A stretch of 24,000 nucleotides of DNA from Pedobacter psychrotolerans (GCF_004340665.1 NZ_SLWO01000005.1:312614-336613), one strand, 5' to 3'; counted from the stretch's first letter, positions 8,996 through 16,717 are shown. Program-made: numbers and translations. The notes: a model not told the origin generated them from the sequence alone.

Positions 8996-10456
8996 ATGAT
9001 TGAGGGTAACCATGTTTGCCATAAATGTATCAGCGATGAGTTTTTATCCACTGAGGTAAAAAAAATGGGAAAGTCTAGATTGTGTAGCTATTGCCAACAT
9101 AAACGCAAAGGTTATACATTAGAGGAAGTTTCGGATCGGGTTGAAAAGGCGTTTTTCGAACATTATGAACGGACGCCAGAAGAACCGTCAGAATACCAGT
9201 ATTGGATGCAGCATGCCGATAAGGAGTCGAACTATCATTGGTATCGCGAGGGCGAGCTAGTGGTAGATATCCTTGAAAATGACTTAGGTTTTGAAGCAAA
9301 GCTTGCCAATGATATTAGTGAGAATTTAAGAGACCGATACGCTAATTACGGATCAGATGAAATGTATGAGGAGACCGAATTTGGTTCCGAGAGTCATTAC
9401 GAATCAGCTGGCATAAGTGATAGGGAATGGCAAGTACAGCAGGATGCATTTGATCGGTCATTACGAGCAGAAGCGCGGTATTTTAATGAGCCGTTAAGGC
9501 AGTATCTTCAACAGATTTTTGAGGGAATTGACGAATTAAAGACCTACGGGCGAAAAACTGTTATTACGGAGGCTGGGCCTGGTCGGGAAATTACAGGACT
9601 GTTTCGTGCAAGGGTATTTCAAAATGAAAATCAATTATTGGAAGCATTAAGTAAGCCTGATCAGCACCTAGGATCACCCCCCTCAAGGTTTGCTATGGGT
9701 GGAAGAATGAACGCAAGGGGCATCTCTGTATTTTACGGAGCATCTAATCCTAACACAGCCCTAGCAGAGGTCCGTCCACCCGTTGGCAGTTTGGTTGCAG
9801 TAGCAAGCTTTATATTACTCAGACCAGTTAGGCTACTGAATTTACCTATACTGGCTGAGCACCATGCCTCGGGCAGTGTCTTTGACCCCAATTATTTGGG
9901 AAGGAAACAAAAAAGTCTTTTTTTAAGGAACCTCAGCCAAAAGCTTATTGTTCCAGTGATGCCTGATCAAGAGGATTTTGATTACCTGCCTACTCAGGCA
10001 TTGGCCGATTTTCTCTCCTCCCACCCAATACTAAGCCTCGACGGCATTGTTTTTCCATCTGTACAAACTGAGGGAAAAGGTGGCAATATAGTTTTATTCC
10101 ATAAGGCAGCAAGAATTTCAGCTATAGAACTCCAAAATGGTGATTCCATTAGGGCTTCAGCAAGAGATTATGATGAGGATGACGAATATGAATCATACAG
10201 CGTACTTGAGGTTAAGGGCAACAAAATTCCTGTGCCAAAGCCGATGACCCACCTGAGGGACAATACTGGTCAGTACCATTTCGATAAAAAAATTGAACCT
10301 ATTCAGGATGATCGAATCGAAACACTAAGTGTAAATTATAAATCAATGCAGGTACATCGGATTAAGGGGATAGAAATCCTCAAAGAATCGTTTGATGTGA
10401 GTCATCGGGTGGCAAAACCTGTAGTCATCAAAGAGTCTAATGTGAGAGATTTTTAA
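8996..10456 (+). CDS. RES-domain protein with an N-terminal Cys4 zinc-ribbon domain (resembles the HEPN/RES-associated NTD1) and an acidic C-terminal extension
   Basis: 486 aa. CHKC (aa 8-11) and CSYC (aa 30-33) are present. The RES signature is GGRMNARGISVFYGASNPNTALAEVRPP (R237, E258) plus DGIVFPSVQ (S355). It starts 27 nt after the NTPase stop. Confidence 0.85.
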   Translation: MIEGNHVCHKCISDEFLSTEVKKMGKSRLCSYCQHKRKGYTLEEVSDRVEKAFFEHYERTPEEPSEYQYWMQHADKESNYHWYREGELVVDILENDLGFEAKLANDISENLRDRYANYGSDEMYEETEFGSESHYESAGISDREWQVQQDAFDRSLRAEARYFNEPLRQYLQQIFEGIDELKTYGRKTVITEAGPGREITGLFRARVFQNENQLLEALSKPDQHLGSPPSRFAMGGRMNARGISVFYGASNPNTALAEVRPPVGSLVAVASFILLRPVRLLNLPILAEHHASGSVFDPNYLGRKQKSLFLRNLSQKLIVPVMPDQEDFDYLPTQALADFLSSHPILSLDGIVFPSVQTEGKGGNIVLFHKAARISAIELQNGDSIRASARDYDEDDEYESYSVLEVKGNKIPVPKPMTHLRDNTGQYHFDKKIEPIQDDRIETLSVNYKSMQVHRIKGIEILKESFDVSHRVAKPVVIKESNVRDF

Positions 10457-10856
10457 GCTTACATTTAAGACTTGGTAATTTTGATTTTGAACATTCAGTA
10501 TAGCCGTTGATTTTTTTAAATAATCTTCCGTAGTCATATATGGAAGCTGACACCTAGATCAAGTCTAATAGATTTATTAGGATTATCGACAATAACTGCT
10601 ATTTATGTTTATCAAAACAGTCCACTGTATATAGAAATCATAGATTTTGATAAACCTCATAAACATTCAAAACAAGGAAATTAAATTCTAGTTGATAAAA
10701 TAAGTATTAATTCATTTTTGTTTTATAAATTTCTTACTTCTAATAAAGAACCTATTCATAATAGTAGTGACACTCGTTTCCCCTATTACATCCCCCACTC
10801 GTTATTATCTAGCAGGTTCATGCGAGAAAGCGATAGGAAATAAGAATTTAACTAGC

Positions 10857-10871
10857 CCCCTACGGGCTACA
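10857..10871 (+). repeat. Isolated copy of the 3-prime end of tRNA-Glu (att-like direct repeat)
   Basis: cccctacgggctaca is identical to 3386-3400 (tRNA-Glu copy 1 T-arm/acceptor 3-prime half plus 2 nt). It is identical to 4270-4283 over 14 nt. The following bases (ttaatcaa) also resemble the flank of copy 1 (ctaattaca). Confidence 0.6.
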
Positions 10872-10886
10872 TTAATCAATGTCAAA

Positions 10887-10918
10887 ACCTGCAAATCAAA
10901 CATTTGCAGGTTTTTTTT
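10887..10918 (+). terminator. Strong intrinsic terminator
   Basis: A perfect 10-bp stem, acctgcaaat (10887-10896) with atttgcaggt (10902-10911), a 5-nt loop and a T8 tract to 10918. Confidence 0.75.
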
Positions 10919-11142
10919 ATTAATATCAAAAACCTGCCTTATTCATCTCTGATTGTAAAGTGTCACCTCGGTGGCATGGGCAGAATAATCGGTTTTTGCT
11001 TCATCCATCAAACTCAGCGCATCTACCTTAATGGATGCAATCTAACGATAAGCAAAACGGTCGAAATTCGACATCATTGGGCTGCACGCTGTGCTGATTA
11101 AAACTTACGAGCCAGCAACAAGCTTTTTTTTCATACCTGTAA

Positions 11143-11997
11143 CTATTGGGTGATAAGTGCCATCACTTTTAAAGCGGCCTTGTCGCCGTTAAAAAGATCC
11201 AGGTCTACCTGACCGGCCACGCCCGTTACCGCCCCGCCTCCAGAATATTGCCAGATGCGATAGTCCTGCCATGAACCAAATAATCCCGGCGGGTTAGATT
11301 GATAAGATGGCACCCATAACGGGTAATTTGGAAAAGAAACGCCGTTAAAATATTCAGCCCAGAACGATTTTGCGGTATAGATCATCGGTGTGCGACCAGT
11401 TGCAGATGAAAGTTGGCTGAGGCAGTCCTGAATCAGCTGCACGCAGGCGTTCTTATTGTTCAGGATGTACTGGTTCATGGCCTGGCTCTGCCCATCATTA
11501 GATCCGACCTGCCATTCGATATCCAGCACCGGCGGTAAAGTGCCCGGGACAGTGAAATCAACGCCGCAGGATAAAAAGTTCTGCATCTGCGTGGCGGCAG
11601 AATCCTGAAAGGTTAAAAAATGATAGGCACCAAATATCAGTCCCTGCTGCCTGATGGTTGCCATATACTGCGCCAGTGTAGGGTCTTTAAAGCCTGCACC
11701 CTGACTGGCTTTGCAATAAATAAACTGGATATGCGGCGATAACTGACTCCAGTTGATGTTGCCGGTAAAATGGCTGATGTCCATGCCTTGCGGCACCAGC
11801 TCATCCAGCACGGCCCAGGTGGCCGGCCCGGCAACGCCGTCGGCACTTAACTGATGGTCCTTTTGAAATTGTGTAACGGCGGCCTGGGTACCCGGGCCAA
11901 AGTTACCATCGATAGAGAGTGAATAATGGAGAAACGAGAGTGCTCTTTGCAGCATAAAAACCTCGCTGCCTGATGAGCCGATTGAAAGTGTTTGCAT
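11143..11997 (-). CDS. Peptidoglycan-binding domain plus GH25 muramidase (endolysin-like lysozyme), no obvious signal peptide
   Basis: The N-terminus GSSGSEVFMLQRALSFLHYSLSIDGNFGPGTQAAVTQFQKDHQLSADGVAGPATWAVL fits the PG_binding_1 pattern. GMDISHFTGNINWSQL...FIYCKASQGAGFKDPTLAQYMATIRQQGLIFGAYHF...VLDIEW fits the GH25 pattern. The N-terminus MQTLSIGSSGSE is not hydrophobic. Confidence 0.85.
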   Translation of the reverse strand: MQTLSIGSSGSEVFMLQRALSFLHYSLSIDGNFGPGTQAAVTQFQKDHQLSADGVAGPATWAVLDELVPQGMDISHFTGNINWSQLSPHIQFIYCKASQGAGFKDPTLAQYMATIRQQGLIFGAYHFLTFQDSAATQMQNFLSCGVDFTVPGTLPPVLDIEWQVGSNDGQSQAMNQYILNNKNACVQLIQDCLSQLSSATGRTPMIYTAKSFWAEYFNGVSFPNYPLWVPSYQSNPPGLFGSWQDYRIWQYSGGGAVTGVAGQVDLDLFNGDKAALKVMALITQ

Positions 11998-12050
11998 AAG
12001 ATAAGATTTAGATGAATGAATATATTAAGTTTTAACGGGTATTGCAACAG

Positions 12051-12827
12051 CTATCCGTAAAATGCATTACCTCCGCTGCTTGTATGAACGGGAGGAGTTT
12101 GTACAGCCGCGGGGGGCTGATATGGATGGATTGCAGGTGCTGGCGCGGCCGCGGGTGTGTAATTAGGAACGCCGGTTTTTGGTGTGCCCTCAGCCTCGTT
12201 TTCTCTTGATCGGATAGCCACAAATATGGCACTGCTAATGCCCATTAACATAAGTAAAGTATCGCTTAACTCTGGCAAACCACAGCCTGTTTTAATTTCT
12301 CCTATTTTGTAAAGGTAAATACTTACGCCTACCATGGTCCATACAACGTGCTGAAACCGGTGAATGCTGATGCCTAAATCATCTGATAATATATCCGTAA
12401 AGAAGCCTAGCGAGGGCGTATTCTGATGTCTTGGTCGCTGATCTTTTATTTCGCGTTTATCGATGATTTTGGACGTGACCGCAGTACATGAAAAAATCCC
12501 CAATAGCACCAGTGCCGTTTGATTTATTTCAGTTTCGGAACAATCGCCCTTAAACAGTGAAAGGTACAGATAGGAACAGGATATGACCACAGTCCACAAT
12601 CCCAACTGTACCTTTTCTAAACTGTAAGGAGACGTAATATTTTTCGGTGACTTACTCAAGTTAATGCTATCAGGTCTGATAAATCCGTCATCATTTTCAA
12701 CATCTTCGCGAAGCAATAATGTATATTTCCCAAGTAAGACAAACGAAAGGATAATGGTTAATATACCGGCTATGGCCAGCAATGATTCCGAATTGGCAAA
12801 AGTTACGAATAGCATTTTCAGATACAT
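12051..12827 (-). CDS. Polytopic membrane protein (about 5 TM helices) with a Pro/Ala-rich C-terminal tail
   Basis: Hydrophobic segments include LLAIAGILTIILSFVLLG, LGLWTVVISCSYLYLSLF, ALVLLGIFSCTAVTS, VVWTMVGVSIYLY and LLMLMGISSAIFVAI. The tail reads TPAAAPAPAIHPYQPPAAVQTPPV. No family recognised. Confidence 0.6.
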   Translation of the reverse strand: MYLKMLFVTFANSESLLAIAGILTIILSFVLLGKYTLLLREDVENDDGFIRPDSINLSKSPKNITSPYSLEKVQLGLWTVVISCSYLYLSLFKGDCSETEINQTALVLLGIFSCTAVTSKIIDKREIKDQRPRHQNTPSLGFFTDILSDDLGISIHRFQHVVWTMVGVSIYLYKIGEIKTGCGLPELSDTLLMLMGISSAIFVAIRSRENEAEGTPKTGVPNYTPAAAPAPAIHPYQPPAAVQTPPVHTSSGGNAFYG

Positions 12828-12914
12828 TAAATTTGCTTATATAATTGTTTTATTGATGATAGTTGGCTTATGGTTTAAAAGAATTTCCAGATGAACTTTT
12901 ATCGATGTGACATA

Positions 12915-13622
12915 TTACTGCCCATTAGCCACTATATTACTGAGCAGGTCAACATGTGCCTGATTAAGATCGCTTAAGGGAGTGCAAATATTTCCAAAAT
13001 CAGCGTAGCGCTGATTAAATCTGAACTGCAAAGTTGGCTGCACGCCTGATGGTTGTGGAAATGTTTCAATACAAACGAAGTTATTATTCAGGAGTGGCAC
13101 TTCTATCCACCAATGTGTTTCATTGGGCCCATAAGGTATTCCGTCTTCCCCTGCATCGTCATAATGCATCACCATTATATAATTAGCTGACTGGCCTGCT
13201 TCAATATACCCCAGTGCGGTGCTGATATTGTTACATACCCAAGTCATGGCCTCTTCCCGGAATTGTCTCCAGATTGTCCAGTCGCCCTGATTATGTGGAG
13301 CATATGGGTCAAACTCCATAATATACTGATGCCCCTGTATTAGGGTTTGCAGAATTTGCTCTTGCGACCAATAAGAAGCCGGATCAGGATTGATACCCAA
13401 TAATATGGTGTCAAAAGCATTCGCAGGCCTGTGAATAATGGTTGGCGTGTTTTGCTGGTTATAGTTAATGTTATCTAATAAACCAAAAAGTGCCCATTTC
13501 CAACAGGAAACGTTGTCTGGCGTAAACCCATCTGGCAAATTAGCGAGTTGTATAGTAGCCCCGGGGCTTGCCTGTACATAATTATTTAAGGCATTAATAA
13601 TAGCCTGAGTTAGTTGTGGCAT
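12915..13622 (-). CDS. Hypothetical protein (235 aa), Trp-rich, no family recognised
   Basis: A long ORF co-directional with its neighbours and without low-complexity sequence. No motif I can name. Confidence 0.55.
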   Translation of the reverse strand: MPQLTQAIINALNNYVQASPGATIQLANLPDGFTPDNVSCWKWALFGLLDNINYNQQNTPTIIHRPANAFDTILLGINPDPASYWSQEQILQTLIQGHQYIMEFDPYAPHNQGDWTIWRQFREEAMTWVCNNISTALGYIEAGQSANYIMVMHYDDAGEDGIPYGPNETHWWIEVPLLNNNFVCIETFPQPSGVQPTLQFRFNQRYADFGNICTPLSDLNQAHVDLLSNIVANGQ

Positions 13623-13747
13623 AAGGTTATCTTTTAAGGCATTGTATAAATTTGCTGCATGTGCCCCACTACTTTTATTTATTTTTATAATAGTGGTACC
13701 TGTTGTTTAATTTCAACATGTTGTAAAAAGACTAGTCAAAATGATTA

Positions 13748-14422
13748 TCATTTAAACAGATTACTTGGCCCTTGCGGAGAGCCGAACATTGACGTAGCAT
13801 ACTGAAAAGTTGGTGTAGGCAAAGGGTTTGGTGTACCAAAAATATTCATTGGAAGTGTTGGCAAGGTGTTTTGTAGAAATCCGTCAACACTTGTACTTTC
13901 ATTACGATATGGAAATGGATAAACCAAACAGGTAGCACCCCATTTTTGCCATAAAATTTCAAACCCTTTCTCTTTAATAGCCTTTTCAACATACTCAGGA
14001 GAAATACATATGCCAACGGCAATTCTGCGGCCTAGCACACCACATCCTTTCAGTTTTTCAACATCACGGCTTAGGCCAGGACTAAAATTTTGCCGGTTTT
14101 CCAGGGATTCACACTTTAATTCTACCAATAATATTTCCAAAGTACCGTTGTCAAAAATCATATCTGCTTTTTGACCTAACTTTGCAAAACCCGGACTTAG
14201 CATCGTTTTATTATTATTCTGTAACAAACTGGCAGTTACGTTGCCTGATACCGCTTCGCGTAAAAAGCCTCTAGGCTGGAATTCCATATTCTTTATATAT
14301 AGAGATAAATCGGTTTGAGCCCAAGGTTCCCAACCCCCTCTAAGCTCAGCGAGTGATGTGAAATCTTTGCCTCTTGCGTCACACCATTTGGTGACAATAT
14401 CATAAAAGGTGTAATAATTCAT
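13748..14422 (-). CDS. Hypothetical protein (224 aa) with a possible PD-(D/E)xK nuclease-like motif
   Basis: KADMIFDNGTLEILLVELKCES has the D...ExK spacing typical of the restriction-endonuclease fold. This is pattern-level only. The C-terminus is Pro/Gly-rich. Confidence 0.5.
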   Translation of the reverse strand: MNYYTFYDIVTKWCDARGKDFTSLAELRGGWEPWAQTDLSLYIKNMEFQPRGFLREAVSGNVTASLLQNNNKTMLSPGFAKLGQKADMIFDNGTLEILLVELKCESLENRQNFSPGLSRDVEKLKGCGVLGRRIAVGICISPEYVEKAIKEKGFEILWQKWGATCLVYPFPYRNESTSVDGFLQNTLPTLPMNIFGTPNPLPTPTFQYATSMFGSPQGPSNLFK

Positions 14423-14433
14423 AGTTGTCTTGT

Positions 14434-14658
14434 TTAATGTTGGCTTCCGAATGGCGACTTGCCGCCAGGCCCTCCCGGGGTCAGTACAGTTGTTTTGGTC
14501 AGTACCATTGGCGAAACTGTTATGTGATCAAATTTATTAGCATAGTCATCGTACCAAACACACTTTACAATGCCCTGAGCAACGTTTGAAACAGTCATTA
14601 CTGGCCCGCCTGAAATGAGTTTGACCACATCGCCCTGATTAAATATTGTTTGTGCCAT
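14434..14658 (-). CDS. DUF2158 / YodC-like small protein
   Basis: FNQGDVVKLISGGPVMTVSNVAQGIVKCVWYDDY matches the GDxVxLxSGGPxMTV...C.WYD pattern of the E. coli YodC family. Confidence 0.65.
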   Translation of the reverse strand: MAQTIFNQGDVVKLISGGPVMTVSNVAQGIVKCVWYDDYANKFDHITVSPMVLTKTTVLTPGGPGGKSPFGSQH

Positions 14659-14691
14659 TTCTTTGCTTTTTAGTAATTTTCAGCTGATTTA

Positions 14692-15102
14692 TTATTGCGC
14701 ATTTGTAGTGCTGCCTGTGTTATTCAATGCACTTTCCGCATTTTTTACACTTTGCTGAGCAGCCAGCATGGCCGCATCAACATTGGTGTTTACCGTGTTT
14801 ATGGCTTGCTGAATAGGGTTGATTACGGGTGGTGCCACCGGTGTAACAGCTGCTGCGGCTTGAGGCTGTGCCTGGTCATTAACCATTTGCAAACTACTTG
14901 CGGCGAGTGCCTGGAAACTACTATCAACCTGCGATTGCATCGCTTGTATAGCCTGTTGTTGAATGGTGGCAATCTGCGATTTAAGATCGCTGATTTGTTG
15001 CTGCATGACCTGATGAGGCGACATTGATGGTGCCGCGGCTGGCTGATTATCGGGCACAACTGGTGTACCCCCTATATTAGGAGAATCGCTTTGCTGTTGC
15101 AT
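14692..15102 (-). CDS. Gln/Ala-rich, probably coiled-coil protein (136 aa from ATG 15102; the ORF-track start at 15168 would add 22 aa)
   Basis: MQQQSDSPNIGG...QQQISDLKSQIATIQQQAIQAMQSQVDSSFQALAASSLQMVNDQAQPQAAAA. The heptad-like Q/A-rich composition is co-directional with the reb array. The upstream extension MVKGGGTINRCCPHSNHLKNIT looks non-native. Confidence 0.5.
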   Translation of the reverse strand: MQQQSDSPNIGGTPVVPDNQPAAAPSMSPHQVMQQQISDLKSQIATIQQQAIQAMQSQVDSSFQALAASSLQMVNDQAQPQAAAAVTPVAPPVINPIQQAINTVNTNVDAAMLAAQQSVKNAESALNNTGSTTNAQ

Positions 15103-15201
15103 AGTAATGTTTTTTAAGTGATTGGAATGAGGACAGCACCTGTTTATGGTGCCGCCCCCTTTAACCATTTCCGTTCCTTTTGGATCCGGTGTAAAGACGG
15201 C

Positions 15202-15471
15202 TTAAGAGCCGAAAATTTGTTTGGTACCCACGGCATCAGATGCCGTATCGATTGAATACAACATGGTTACACCCATAGTAGTAGCGGCCTGTGCGGTAAT
15301 GTTACTTTGTTGTTGACTGCTGGTGGCGTTGTGTGCTGCATTAGCCAATGCCTGTGCGGTGGCCTGGTACAGGTTGCCCATTGCAATTGCAGGAGCATCA
15401 CCCAATACTTTGGTGTTTGCCTGGGTTACAGAGTCGGTGATCTGATCGTTTACTGAAGTTGGAAAAGCCAT
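15202..15471 (-). CDS. rebB: RebB-family R-body protein, tandem copy A (89 aa)
   Basis: MAFPTSVNDQITDSVTQANTKVLGDAPAIAMGNLYQATAQALANAAHNATSSQQQSNITAQAATT matches my recollection of the RebB (Pfam Killing trait) consensus VNSQITDsVTQ.N.kVLGeAPA.AmG.lYQ...A...A..NAv..QQ. Confidence 0.85.
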   Translation of the reverse strand: MAFPTSVNDQITDSVTQANTKVLGDAPAIAMGNLYQATAQALANAAHNATSSQQQSNITAQAATTMGVTMLYSIDTASDAVGTKQIFGS

Positions 15472-15507
15472 GATAAAGTTGTTTTAAATGATTAATTCGT
15501 TTTGGTT

Positions 15508-15795
15508 TTATTGCCCAAGTACTTTACCCGGAGCATAGATTTTTTTGGTACCCACGGCATCAGAAGCGGTGTCGATAGAATACAGGGTGGTTACGCCCAT
15601 GGTGGTTGCCGCCTGCGCCGTAATATTACTTTGCTGCTGACTGCTGGTGGCATTGTGTGCCGCATTGGCCAAAGCCTGCGAGGTAGCCTGGAAAAAATTG
15701 CCCATCGCGATAGCTGCCGCATCACCCAATACTTTGGTGTTGGCCTGGGTCACCGAATCGGTGATCTGACTGTTTACTGCTGTTGGAAAAGCCAT
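15508..15795 (-). CDS. rebB: RebB-family R-body protein, tandem copy B (95 aa)
   Basis: Same family signature. The C-terminus is extended (KKIYAPGKVLGQ). Confidence 0.85.
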   Translation of the reverse strand: MAFPTAVNSQITDSVTQANTKVLGDAAAIAMGNFFQATSQALANAAHNATSSQQQSNITAQAATTMGVTTLYSIDTASDAVGTKKIYAPGKVLGQ

Positions 15796-15818
15796 AACTG
15801 TTTAGATTTAAGGTTAAA

Positions 15819-16085
15819 TTATTGATAAATCATATGGGTGCCCACGGCATCTGATGAAGTATCGATCGAATAAAGGGTGGTCACTGCCGAGGTGGTAGAA
15901 GCCTGCGAGGTCATATTGGTTTGCTGCTGACTGCTGGTAGCATTATGCGCCGCATTGGATAATGCCTGTGAGGTAGCCATAAAGAGATTGCCCATTGCCA
16001 TGGCCGGCGCATCGCCCAGTACCTTGGTGTTGACTTCGGATACCGAATCGGTGATCTGACTGTTTACTGCTGTTGGAAAAGCCAT
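15819..16085 (-). CDS. rebB: RebB-family R-body protein, tandem copy C (88 aa)
   Basis: Same family signature, subtype SxVN / MATSQALSN. Confidence 0.85.
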   Translation of the reverse strand: MAFPTAVNSQITDSVSEVNTKVLGDAPAMAMGNLFMATSQALSNAAHNATSSQQQTNMTSQASTTSAVTTLYSIDTSSDAVGTHMIYQ

Positions 16086-16115
16086 AACGGTTTAGTTTTA
16101 AGGTTAAAAACTGGA

Positions 16116-16382
16116 TTACTGATAAATTTTACGGGTACCTACCGCATCAGATGAAGTATCTATCGAATACAGGGTGGTAATGCCCGATGTGGTGGCCGCC
16201 TGTGCCGTAATGTTGGTTTGCTGCTGACTGCTGGTGGCATTGTGTGCCGCATTGGATAATGCCTGCGAGGTAGCCATAAAAAGGTTACCCATTGCCATTG
16301 CCGGCGAATCACCCAAAACCTTGGTGTTAACTTGCGATACAGAGTCGGTGATCTGGTCGTTTACTGCTGTTGGAAAAGCCAT
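16116..16382 (-). CDS. rebB: RebB-family R-body protein, tandem copy D (88 aa)
   Basis: Same family signature, subtype SxVN / MATSQALSN. Confidence 0.85.
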   Translation of the reverse strand: MAFPTAVNDQITDSVSQVNTKVLGDSPAMAMGNLFMATSQALSNAAHNATSSQQQTNITAQAATTSGITTLYSIDTSSDAVGTRKIYQ

Positions 16383-16422
16383 TTTTGTTTGAATTTAAGT
16401 GTGAATTTATGGTTGATTATTT

Positions 16423-16689
16423 TTAAGCGAATATCTGTTTCGTACCTACCGCATCAGAAGCGGTGTCTATTGAATACAAAGTAGTTACACCCATGGTGGT
16501 TGCCGCCTGCGCCGTAATATTACTTTGCTGCTGACTGGTTGTGGCATTATGTGCTGCGTTTGCCAGTGCCTGTGCGGTTGCCTGAAAAAGATTGGCCATT
16601 GCGCTCGCCGGAGCAACGCCTAATACCTGTGTGTTTGCCTGGGTCACCGAATCGGTGATCTGACTGTTTACTGCTGTTGGAAAAGCCAT
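16423..16689 (-). CDS. rebB: RebB-family R-body protein, tandem copy E (88 aa)
   Basis: Same family signature, subtype TQAN / QATAQALAN. Confidence 0.85.
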   Translation of the reverse strand: MAFPTAVNSQITDSVTQANTQVLGVAPASAMANLFQATAQALANAAHNATTSQQQSNITAQAATTMGVTTLYSIDTASDAVGTKQIFA

Positions 16690-16717
16690 AATTGTTGTTT
16701 TTTATTGTTATTAATGA

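Noticed and set aside
6060-9299. Minus-strand ORFs nested in the NTPase and RES genes (6060-6299, 6221-6427, 7766-8041, 8183-8494, 8777-8965, 8836-9051, 9075-9299)
   Set aside because: They are short, low-complexity, AT-rich-frame artefacts opposite long ORFs that carry clear motifs.
10943-11077. Minus-strand mini-ORF MMSNFDRFAYR-stop-IASIKVDALSLMDEAKTDYSAHATEVTLYNQR
   Set aside because: An in-frame TAG at 11044-11042 interrupts it, and I recognise no family. It could be a decayed small gene, but I cannot support that.
10343-11101. ORFs 10343-10537 (minus), 10767-10952 (plus) and 10904-11101 (plus)
   Set aside because: The first overlaps the RES gene end. The second starts at GTG and reads through the tRNA-Glu fragment and the terminator hairpin. 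The third has an implausible composition. I treat the region as intergenic.
11637-12232. Alternative-frame minus ORFs 11637-11846, 11847-12047 and 12032-12232
   Set aside because: They are out of frame within, or bridging, the GH25 and membrane protein genes. They have Arg/Pro-rich nonsense composition typical of off-frame GC-rich DNA.
15202-16689. Regular roughly 300-bp periodic repeat that could superficially suggest a CRISPR-like or satellite array
   Set aside because: The period is a whole gene (about 270 nt of CDS plus a 23-40-nt spacer). Every unit is an intact ORF of the same protein family. There are no short repeat-spacer units.
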